This document shows, in pieces, positions 16,969 through 25,800 of a DNA stretch of 64,000 bases. The notes beneath the pieces were generated by a model. That model saw only the letters and a program-made list of their open reading frames with translations, searched no databases and had not been told where the DNA came from. The translations under genes were made by a program, and so were the position numbers. Numbering within the stretch: position 1 is the stretch's first letter; every line of letters begins with the position of its first letter. The stretch covers positions 186,001 to 250,000 of the IMG/VR virus record IMGVR_UViG_3300023202_000383, one strand, 5' to 3'.

Positions 16969-17442
16969 TCAATACGGACTTTTGCTATCAAATCTTTTCC
17001 TAATGTTCATTATGTAATCTATGACAGCTATTATTTTGTCGATCACTTTTTGCGGATCATAATTTGGGTCGACATAGTCTCCAAATGGGAAATCGAAGAT
17101 TGCACCGGCATTAATATCTATTATCACATGAAATTTGTTGGGGTCTCCGGTTCCGTCGTTAGTAATGTTTATATTTATTGAGCCCATTTCTGACATTATT
17201 GAAAGTCGATAAGTTTCGGCTTCTTCAAGAGCGAATTGGTCAGAGTTGTCAATTAGTTCAAAAACTGGCATTTTACTTGGTGGATACCATAAGTCCACCC
17301 TCTGGTAAAATCGATTCCTGACTTCCTTTAATATCAGCTTAGCCGTCCGCAACTTTGGTTCTCGTTTTACTCGTTTTACTGGCTTGCAGCTTCTTGACCT
17401 GCAATAACAATCAACTGGGCATTTATATGGACCAGATGGCAT
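16969..17442 (-). CDS. Hypothetical, family A (DPxF/YxP) paralogue
   Basis: DYVDPNYDPQKVIDKI; N-terminal CPVDC.C..C. Confidence 0.65.
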   Translation of the reverse strand: MPSGPYKCPVDCYCRSRSCKPVKRVKREPKLRTAKLILKEVRNRFYQRVDLWYPPSKMPVFELIDNSDQFALEEAETYRLSIMSEMGSININITNDGTGDPNKFHVIIDINAGAIFDFPFGDYVDPNYDPQKVIDKIIAVIDYIMNIRKRFDSKSPY

Positions 17443-17466
17443 GTGCTATTAGTTCGGGCAGCTCTA

Positions 17467-17928
17467 TTATGATCCCATTTCAAATCCCATTAATTTGACA
17501 TTGCTGTGTGGGGTGTTTGGTTTCTCGTAAATGTTCTCCAAAAACTTATGGTGGAAGTCTTTGGTTGTGTGAATCATCTCGTTGGCTAGCAATGCAACTT
17601 CTAGCCATGTTGGGTCTTCAACTACGTCGCTCGTGTAAGGTTTGCCACCGCCAGATAACCACCCATGTTGTAATTCTTCAAACACCACTCTTCCTTCAAC
17701 GGCGATATCGTCGAGGTTGCTTAATGGGATTTTAAAAATGTTGTTTTTATATGTCTGGTAATACCCGCAATATATAACCTTGGGTTCAAAAAGAGAATTT
17801 TCCATTATGTGTCTGATGACAAAGAATCTGTTGATTTTCCAATATAGCCAATTGTCGATGCTATATAATTTGTGGATGATCCAGTCAATAATGTTCGATA
17901 TTTTGATTTCTTTGAATTCAAAATTCAT
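17467..17928 (-). CDS. Hypothetical protein
   Basis: 153 aa ORF coupled to the upstream gene. Confidence 0.65.
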   Translation of the reverse strand: MNFEFKEIKISNIIDWIIHKLYSIDNWLYWKINRFFVIRHIMENSLFEPKVIYCGYYQTYKNNIFKIPLSNLDDIAVEGRVVFEELQHGWLSGGGKPYTSDVVEDPTWLEVALLANEMIHTTKDFHHKFLENIYEKPNTPHSNVKLMGFEMGS

Positions 17929-18784
17929 TGATTATTATACCATATATATCGTCGCTGATCATCGTCGGATTTAAACACAATATGTAATTGGCAAGATTAG
18001 AGTTGCCGTGGACAAAATGATTGCACCTTGACAATAGTATAGAGTCCACCAATGCTTCTTTACCCATTTCATACGGGTCGCCAGCCGCATTTGCATGCGG
18101 TTCTCCGTCGTGCAGTCTTATCGCTGGCGTTGTTTGTATTCTTTTGCCGTACCTATCTGACATTCTATTTACCACAACCTGTGCATCTGTTCCGAGCAAT
18201 ATGTTGGCATCTGGATGCTTGTGCAGATACTTGTCTATTTTGCTCATATATAGATGATATGGCGGATTGCCCACATTAAGCAACTTGTTTAGGTATGGGA
18301 CACCACCATGTATCCTGCCTGGGCCTCTAATATGAACTCCAATTGTGTGACCACTTACTAAGTCACTATTAGAATCTGCTGCAGCAATAATTTCATCCCT
18401 AAATGGCAGATATTTGTTTATTATCTTGTTCGGTTTGTATCGATCTTTAGGTGGCAACAAGATTGTTGCCGGACCGTTGTATCTTTCTGGTTCTGGTATA
18501 GTAGGTCCGGTCCGTCGCATTATTCTATGCTGCGGATATGCTTCGAATATATCGATGTCATTTCTGGTATTGTTCGAGTCTAAAACATCGTTAAATGTGT
18601 GGTCTATACGATAAAAATATTGATCCCACGTATCGCCTGGTCCACCGGCGTTGTAATACTTGCTATTCCAATATGGCATTATGATAATATTATTATTGTC
18701 ACCATAAGAAAACGCGGTAACTGCTCTACTTATCACAACTCCTATGCCATTGTTGGCAGTAAGTGTAACGCGTAACTTATTCAT
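17918..18784 (-). CDS. NodZ / O-FucT-like fucosyltransferase
   Basis: TIGVHIRG, ILLGTD, ALVDSILLSRCNHFVHGNSNL GDP-fucose-binding motifs. Confidence 0.75.
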   Translation of the reverse strand: MNKLRVTLTANNGIGVVISRAVTAFSYGDNNNIIIMPYWNSKYYNAGGPGDTWDQYFYRIDHTFNDVLDSNNTRNDIDIFEAYPQHRIMRRTGPTIPEPERYNGPATILLPPKDRYKPNKIINKYLPFRDEIIAAADSNSDLVSGHTIGVHIRGPGRIHGGVPYLNKLLNVGNPPYHLYMSKIDKYLHKHPDANILLGTDAQVVVNRMSDRYGKRIQTTPAIRLHDGEPHANAAGDPYEMGKEALVDSILLSRCNHFVHGNSNLANYILCLNPTMISDDIYGIIINEF

Positions 18785-19101
18785 TGTGTTAAATTAGACA
18801 GGTATCGTGATATCATTTCTGTATCATATCTCGGTTTATAATATTTATCGATCTTTGATAATTTGATAACCCATTCGATCAGTTCCTGGGGGTTGAAATT
18901 GGGGTCTGTTATGTCATAATCTTTGCGCAGCGGGCACGCTGTCGCCCATCTTTGAACAATAGTTTCACTGTTAGATATCCTAGCGAGTTCATGCCCAATA
19001 CCAGTTGCCTTAATTCTAGTATGGTCATTTAATCTCCATACATGTGTGCATGGAAGTTGGTCTGATATAGCACACGCGATTTCTAAGTGGAATTGCTTCA
19101 T
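18781..19101 (-). CDS. Hypothetical, family A paralogue
   Basis: YDITDPNFNPQELIEWV. Confidence 0.7.
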   Translation of the reverse strand: MKQFHLEIACAISDQLPCTHVWRLNDHTRIKATGIGHELARISNSETIVQRWATACPLRKDYDITDPNFNPQELIEWVIKLSKIDKYYKPRYDTEMISRYLSNLTQ

Positions 19102-19225
19102 AATGGGGAGATTACGCTCGCCGCTTTTTGGCCATTGCGAAGTTGGCTATCCATGCCGCCTCCCCGATAACTACTGATACATATGTGCGAAGCACATAAT
19201 AATTTATGTGTCAAACATAACTTAA

Positions 19226-19311
19226 CAGCGGCTGTAGGATTCGAACCTACGTGGGGCTTGTAGCCCTGCAGCTTCAAAGGCTGCCGCGATCGTCCACTCC
19301 GCCAAGCCGCT
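19226..19311 (-). tRNA. Atypical class II tRNA with TTG (Gln) anticodon
   Basis: Acceptor AGCGGCT/AGCCGCT, G73, class II D-arm GCG-GAGTGGACGAT-CGC, loop CTTTGAA, V-arm GGGCT-ACA-AGCCC, T-arm GTAGG-TTCGAAT-CCTAC. Confidence 0.8.
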
Positions 19312-19321
19312 AGGTGCAAAA

Positions 19322-20012
19322 ATGAGCAAATTAGATAATATTCCAAAAGATAGGTTTATAAAAACATATGAATCGTCTGAATCAATAAGCGATATGCTGC
19401 TAAAAATGCGGATTAATTGCCGCTGGCGGAAACTATAAGACTCTTAAAAATAGACTCAAAATCTATGATCTTGACTACGACGAGCTTAAAAGCCGAGGAC
19501 GTAATTCAGCAAATTCTAAGCTGATTACAAATAAAGGCGTGCCACTAGATGAAATTATGGTGGAAAATTCAACATATAAAAGAAGTAGCTTAAAACATAG
19601 GATCATAAGATCTGGAATAATTCCATATAAATGCGCTATCTGTGACCAGAATTCAACATGGCGCGGCGAGAATCTTACATTAATTCTAGATCATATCAAT
19701 GGTGTTGGTAATGATCATAGAAAAGAGAATTTGAGATTCTTATGTCCAAATTGCAACAGCCAAACTCCAACATTTGCTGGTCGGAACATAGATTGGTCTG
19801 GTACAAAAAATAAGTGTGTCGATTGCAATAATATCATTACTAGAAAAGCGTTAAGATGTCCAAAATGTAATAGTATAAATAGGCGTAAAATCGAGTGGCC
19901 AGACAATTTATCAGATTTGGTTGCTGAGTCGTCTAAATTAGCGGTTGCAAAATCTCTTGGAGTATCTAATGTTGCCGTTGCGAAACGCCTAAAGTATATA
20001 AACCAAGTTTAG
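19322..20012 (+). pseudogene. HNH homing endonuclease with a +1 frameshift near 19409
   Basis: LILDHINGVGNDHRKENLRFLCPNCNSQT; the N-terminal GGNYKTLK segment is out of frame with ATG 19322; total span 691 nt = 3n+1. Confidence 0.75.
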
Positions 20013-20024
20013 CTGCCTATTACA

Positions 20025-20690
20025 CTACGGGCCAATAGTGTTAAAACTCTTACATCTGTTCAGTCTCTTGCACGGCGTGCACTTCATGCATCGTTTGTAT
20101 CCGGTCATTTCCACAGTGTGGATGAAGTCTGGGCTTTCACAAACCCATAGTTTATTTAATATCGGTTTATTAAGTTTCTTTTCTATCTTCTTCAAATAGC
20201 TTATAATGTGACCTTTGTGCGTGTTGATAAATGGCGTATATAGCGTTGGTGTGTGAGTATCTTCAAAGCTCATTAATTCCCAATGCGCTCTAAGCAGGTC
20301 TATTATGTCATTTATGTAATCTCTCGCTTCGTCGCCTCTATTGTATCCAACACAAATCTGATCGGCCTCGTGTTCCCCTGCAGCAAAAGCAGCTGCTTGT
20401 ATCCACAGTGGTGGTTGAGAAAAACCATCTTTGGGCCGCCCGTAAACACTGATTTCAGTATTTACGAATTTTACTCTTTTATCGCATATTTGAAGATCTA
20501 TATGGTAATTGTCGTCATAGATCGATTCTAGATATTTTACTACCTGCCTTTCGCACCAGGCTTTGCCCGCATTGGCAGGCGACAGATCTACATATAAAGC
20601 GATAATTTTATCGGTAGTTTCCTCTAGAAGCTTGAAGAAGCAAGCTGTTGAGTCTAGGCCACCCGATAAAAGCAGAATAGTAGTCTTCAT
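20025..20690 (-). CDS. queC: 7-cyano-7-deazaguanine synthase-like ATP pyrophosphatase
   Basis: LLSGGLDS PP-loop, TPFIN..K..I, WVCESP...CMKCTPC Zn motif; ATG 20690 directly after tRNA-Glu. Confidence 0.7.
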   Translation of the reverse strand: MKTTILLLSGGLDSTACFFKLLEETTDKIIALYVDLSPANAGKAWCERQVVKYLESIYDDNYHIDLQICDKRVKFVNTEISVYGRPKDGFSQPPLWIQAAAFAAGEHEADQICVGYNRGDEARDYINDIIDLLRAHWELMSFEDTHTPTLYTPFINTHKGHIISYLKKIEKKLNKPILNKLWVCESPDFIHTVEMTGYKRCMKCTPCKRLNRCKSFNTIGP

Positions 20691-20692
20691 AA

Positions 20693-20764
20693 TGCTCCCA
20701 AGGGGAATCGAACCCCTATTTCCTGCGTGAAAAGCAGGTGTCCTAGCCGTTAGACGATGGGAGC
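20693..20764 (-). tRNA. tRNA-Glu(TTC)
   Basis: Cloverleaf, loop TTTTCAC, TTCGATT T-loop. Confidence 0.9.
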
Positions 20765-20767
20765 ATA

Positions 20768-20880
20768 TCGCCCCGTGCATACTCAACGGGGCGTTAGTAA
20801 TAATCCAACCTCGCTAGCTGGCTGACCTGGGCAACAGGTACCTTTACAACCCTGCCGGGAACTCCAGCATCGCAAGGATA
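20768..20880 (-). ncRNA. Candidate structured RNA (imperfect rod plus hairpin) between tRNA-Phe and tRNA-Glu
   Basis: GCTGG/CCAGC, CAGG/CCTG and TCC/GGA nested stems plus CGCCCCGT/ACGGGGCG hairpin. Confidence 0.3.
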
Positions 20881-20906
20881 TGAACTTGTCAAAGATCACT
20901 TCTTAA

Positions 20907-20978
20907 TGGGTCAGACCGGGATTGAACCAGTGTCTCACGGGCTTCAACCGTGCGCTCTACCAACTGAGCTACTGACCC
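20907..20978 (-). tRNA. tRNA-Phe(GAA)
   Basis: Cloverleaf, loop TTGAAGC. Confidence 0.9.
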
Positions 20979-21036
20979 AAGACGCCCTGTGGCGTCTTAT
21001 GCGATCGCCTTGTTGGCGATTTTGCTAATATTCTCC

Positions 21037-21501
21037 TTAAACTCCTTCAAAAGCGTTCCGGCTGCTTAAGGTCCCAGTACGCTCCTTCATCGCTCGCGGA
21101 ACCTCTTCTCCAAGAAACTTCTCAAGCTCTTCGGGTGTATCGAACATGTGAGCGTTATTGGCTAACGTTACGCACATATTCTTTACGCTCTCGTCGTCTG
21201 CGTCTTCCCAAGAGTCGCATCCGCTGCATGATCCGTAGTAGTCAGTAAGGACTACAAGCTTGAAGAAGTCTGGTCCATACCAAACAGCATAAATATAGCC
21301 AACCATTCCCTGATAATCACCAGAGCAGTATTCGGCAATGACCATAGAATCCTTGAATAGGGATTCCATGATTTCAGTATGTCCGCCAGCATAACGCGGC
21401 TGAATCATGATCTTGTCCCAATCCAACATATCTTTCAACATCAAATCGGCCATCATGCGCCTCCCAATAAAACAACGACCTTGCCCGGATTTACCGAGCA
21501 A
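21037..21501 (-). CDS. Hypothetical phage protein
   Basis: SGDYQG...DYYGSCSGCDSWE conserved-looking motif; true start probably the later ATG. Confidence 0.7.
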   Translation of the reverse strand: MLGKSGQGRCFIGRRMMADLMLKDMLDWDKIMIQPRYAGGHTEIMESLFKDSMVIAEYCSGDYQGMVGYIYAVWYGPDFFKLVVLTDYYGSCSGCDSWEDADDESVKNMCVTLANNAHMFDTPEELEKFLGEEVPRAMKERTGTLSSRNAFEGV

Positions 21502-21640
21502 GGTCGTCAGTGGAGTAGTGGAATTGCTCGGTGAAGTTACGTCCTATTATCCTGGATATAGGCGTTATCTGCATTCGCTTCTTCAGCGAACCAGATTTGG
21601 CCAAATTGGATAAAGTTACGCATCATTTCGAGATCCTCAA

Positions 21641-21715
21641 TAGCGGGTACCAGTACCGCCCTGGTCTATCTTGGTCATGAGCCAAGCCTCTGCGCTCTAT
21701 GCCGAGTCACCCGCG
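21641..21715 (-). tRNA. Atypical tRNA-like element with CAT anticodon
   Basis: Acceptor CGCGGGT/ACCCGCT (C1xU72 mismatch), anticodon arm CTTGG-CTCATGA-CCAAG, T-stem ACCAG/CTGGT with non-canonical loop GGCGGTA. Confidence 0.5.
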
Positions 21716-21850
21716 TCATAAATTACTTTTGCCTAAAATACGTCGTCTGTTATGGCGCATCTTTGTTTTGCAAGAAATTATATAGGTCAGATGATTTTTA
21801 TCAATCGTTTTGTAATGCATCTGTGCGATATCTAATAACGGAGAAAAATC

Positions 21851-22456
21851 ATGCAACTAGGATGGAAAAAGAGATGTTATAAAGCATATGGTGGTGATTA
21901 TTATAAATTTAGGCGTACTAATAAACAAGATGCATTATATAGAATGACTCAATATTCTGAAATGGTGTTGGCTTCTACATCGGTTGGAAATATTCTCGTG
22001 CCACGATGGATAGCTGTTGCCGATTGTGACGATAATGACTCTTTTGTTGTAGCAAGGAATTGGCTGAAACAACATCTTAATGTTGGATTTGGAACCATAT
22101 GCAGCTCTCCCGGTCGATTCTGGATTATAACTGATTATGTCAGCACATTTAGTAAGACAATTAAATTTATGAGCAACATTCCAGGTAATGACAAAAAATT
22201 CGTAAGAGATGGCTGCGTGAATGCTATTGCTATGAGAATAGGTCCAAAAGTTATAGAAAATAAAATGGGGCCATCCCCCTCTCAATTTGATATAGGGACT
22301 CTGTCAAACCCCAAGGTCATTAAGTGGTTTGAAGAATTTCAAGGACTTTTGCAAGACCCCGATTACAAATTAGCTATTAAAAGGTTGGAATTGGAACTGG
22401 CTCGGCAGAGGGGAGATATTATGTCCCTAGCTGCTGATCCTGATTTTGTAGTTTAG
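21851..22456 (+). CDS. Hypothetical protein
   Basis: 201 aa, GGAG RBS; weak resemblance to primase-polymerase-type motifs (VADCDD, SSPGRFW, MRIGPK). Confidence 0.65.
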   Translation: MQLGWKKRCYKAYGGDYYKFRRTNKQDALYRMTQYSEMVLASTSVGNILVPRWIAVADCDDNDSFVVARNWLKQHLNVGFGTICSSPGRFWIITDYVSTFSKTIKFMSNIPGNDKKFVRDGCVNAIAMRIGPKVIENKMGPSPSQFDIGTLSNPKVIKWFEEFQGLLQDPDYKLAIKRLELELARQRGDIMSLAADPDFVV

Positions 22457-22791
22457 TCTTCGGACTTATCTTTATCTTTTTTGGATTTCTTCTCTTTTGC
22501 TTTCTTCTTGGGTTTCTCTCCACCCGGATCAATAAATAGTTTGGCAGCAGATGCTGGGCCTATAGATTTGGCATATGCTGACATCGTTTTGAAGTTCGGA
22601 TTCCTTCTAGATGTCTTGCCTTTAGATGCCTTTCCTAAGTGCCTAGATATAGTTGATGGATCGACCCCCAGTTCATTGGCAAGCTCTTCCTGAGACTTAT
22701 CCAATTTATCTAGAACATCTTGGGCGATGTTTGTTCTGTCTTTTAATTCCATCAGATGGAGGTTTTCTAATTTCATAATAAAATGATCCAA
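22453..22791 (-). CDS. XRE-type helix-turn-helix regulator
   Basis: SQEELANELGVDPSTISRH...NPNFKTM. Confidence 0.75.
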   Translation of the reverse strand: MDHFIMKLENLHLMELKDRTNIAQDVLDKLDKSQEELANELGVDPSTISRHLGKASKGKTSRRNPNFKTMSAYAKSIGPASAAKLFIDPGGEKPKKKAKEKKSKKDKDKSED

Positions 22792-22892
22792 TCCAAATTT
22801 ATTTTATATTTGCTGTAATTATGTTTGATGGTTACCCAAAGGACCAAAGAACTGGCAATCTGCGTCTAAAGTAAATATACAAAGAGGACATT

Positions 22893-25800
22893 GTGGCAGA
22901 ACTTAAGGACTTCCATAACCCATCTTTTGTGGCGTGGCCACTATTTACTGACAGAACTGCCTATAAACCATTTGGGCAGCCTGTAATTCTTGTAGTGCCC
23001 CACGTCAGGGATGAAGAAGGCCGCAAATTTGCTAACAGCCTTCCCAGGCGAGTAAGCGTATGTATAGAAGAAGGCCCCGATCGGTGCCCAGTCGTCCAAA
23101 ACCCAGGCGTTTTTTCTCCAGATTTAGATATATTCACCGTAGACCTCAATGAGAGGCAATTACTAGATCGCAAGATAGATCTAAATACTGTACAATATAT
23201 AAATAGTGACGGAGATCTGCTCCCATCAGGGACGCAATGCGACCAAGCAGACATAGACAATAATGAGTGTCGATTTAGGTACACCACCAGAACTGGTTTA
23301 GTTGATGATATATTATTCCTGAGCCATGCCGATTATTTTGATCTATCGGACATATTGTTGCCGACTGATTCTCTGCCTCCCGGCTTATATAATTTAGTTT
23401 ATAAGGTTGATTTTAATGTAAGAAAAGTCAATGAAGACACTGACACATTTGTTTGTGTTGATCCAGATAATTTCAGAATCATCAGATCAACTTTCTTGTT
23501 CAATCATCCAGGAGACGTCCTCCTGCAGATGGTTAATGGAACGCCAGCTCTTTACTTTACTGGTGAGTCTCGGTCTGATGATGAATTAATAGAATTCTAT
23601 CGTCCGTTTTCGGATATACTGCAAGATATACACGATGAACAGAGATTTATCGAAGGCATAAATCATGTTTTTGATGTTCAATTCAATCTGATACCACACC
23701 TTGGCGCTTTGCTTGGGTGGGATATACCATATTTCCCGCGTTCGGCAGATAGTTTAAGGCGCGCTTTCCTTAGAAACACTGTCAGGTTCCAGAAGCTAAA
23801 GGGCACCAATCGTGTTGTCAGAGAATTGTTCGACCTGTTCGGATTCACTATAGATATCACCAACTTGTTCTGGTCCGCTGATGGATCGTCTTATGTTGGT
23901 CCTGGCGATTCTACAAAACCTGAATTCATAATAGAGAAAAAGCAGGTTATAACAACAGAGCCAGTCTTGACAGAATACGATCAAGACGGATTCGGCAATC
24001 TAAATGTGCCGTTGCTGCGCAGGCCCGCTGAGGACTCCATAACTGTCAGGTCTTTTTTGGTTGAAGAAGGATCAGCAGCTGATGAAGAGCTCAAGAAAAT
24101 AACTGGTGCATTGTCCGATGACATAGATAAATTCAATGACGAACTTAGGTCAGATGGGTGCGGCAATAGCCCAGCACAATCCATTCCGACAACGTTTATA
24201 CCGGTCACAATACCAGACGACGTAAGCACGGCAGTAGACAGTTTAGATGATGTGGCCGATCTTGATGGAGTTGCTGGCGATTCTACGATTTTTATCGGAG
24301 AAGATGGTAAAGCATCATCAATTAGGACGTCTAATCTTTCAACCGCACCGGTGTCGCTGACTAATATCAGGTTCGATTCAAACACCAACACTTTGTGTCT
24401 TGGGTTCGCTAGATATCTAGACTTCTCTGCTACTGGCACTGTCCTATATATTCTGGTGACCTATGGTTTTAATGACATAAGACCGCCAGAACAAATGGAG
24501 AACCTACAGTCTAATAGGTTCGACATAGATATAGTCTTCAAGAACGGCCAGCTTCCAGATTCTGAGCTTCTTGAATTCTTGATCGACATGTTGTTTAAGG
24601 TCAAGGCATTCCACTCGCTTTTGCGGGTTATCGGAATATCGTTTGATGATGAAACGATCGAAACGTACAATGTAAATGATTTGTGCGTCGGTGGTGACTT
24701 CTTGCAGAGATGTGACACTGACGCGGGCCAGTTGCAGGTTCCGCAAGAAGCCATAATACCGGAAGAATGCATACTGTCCTCCGACGATCCGTGTTTCACT
24801 ATTCTTGAAGAGACATATGGATTCAGGGAACAAGATTTTACCTATAGAGATAGAGTTTTAAGAGGTCTTGAACAAGAATTCAATGCCTATAAAGCCCTAG
24901 ACCCTAGAAATTGCAGGTTTACGCCTACCGGACAAGACAGGACCAAGGAGGACATAACTCAAGAAGTAGAGATCGAAGACGGCAAGAACACTTACTTTAC
25001 CCCACAAAGAGAGTCTCTGTGTGATCTCGACGGTGATGACTTCTGTTATAGCGGAAGGGTTGCAGATCAGCTAATATTTCAGCCAACTATTCCATTCGTG
25101 GAAGTGTCCAGATTCAAGAAGTGCAGATTGAATCTGGGCGTTGGAGTATATTACACTTATCCAGCTCCAGATTGTGGGGTAAAGGTTCCGGGATTGCACT
25201 CTAGAGGAAGAAGTCTTCTGGGAAATACCCAGATAACCACACATGGTGCTACTAGAATATTCGGCAAATTCGATTCTACAGACCCTCCGAGATCTCTTTT
25301 GTATTCGGAACGTGGTGATCCAAGATTTGACAATTTGTTGGGTAACCTCACTAGATCATATGATGGGCTAATACCACAGGAATCCCGCAGCCTCCATTTC
25401 TCGGATGCATTATATTTAGAGAATTCGGTGTTCGCCAATCGACATCTGGCCATTCAGAGATTCCCTCTTGATGTTGAGAAAGACAATTTAGCATTCGCCC
25501 AACACAGATTGCCGACACTCGGCAATCTCGAAAGCGATTTCACTCATTCAAGCTACAAGCTGAAACCACATGACGATGAATTAGAATGTGCATGCGAAAT
25601 AAGATTTCCTAATAGCCTAGATGCAGAAATAACGATTGGGACCGATGGCGACGAATATCTATCGTATGATGACGAGTCATTCGCCATAGAGGCCAATGGT
25701 CTTCCAGCTGATATCTCGTCGTTAGGAACGCACGACACATCGACTTTCATAAATGCCGATGATGTCACACACAAAGTTTATTTGCAGCACGACAATGCTG

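Noticed and set aside
20800-20870. SRP (4.5S) RNA
   Set aside because: Rod shape only; the conserved CAGG...GRAA...AGCA helix-8 motif is incomplete.
21851-22456. Primase-polymerase assignment
   Set aside because: Only loose motif resemblance; left as hypothetical.
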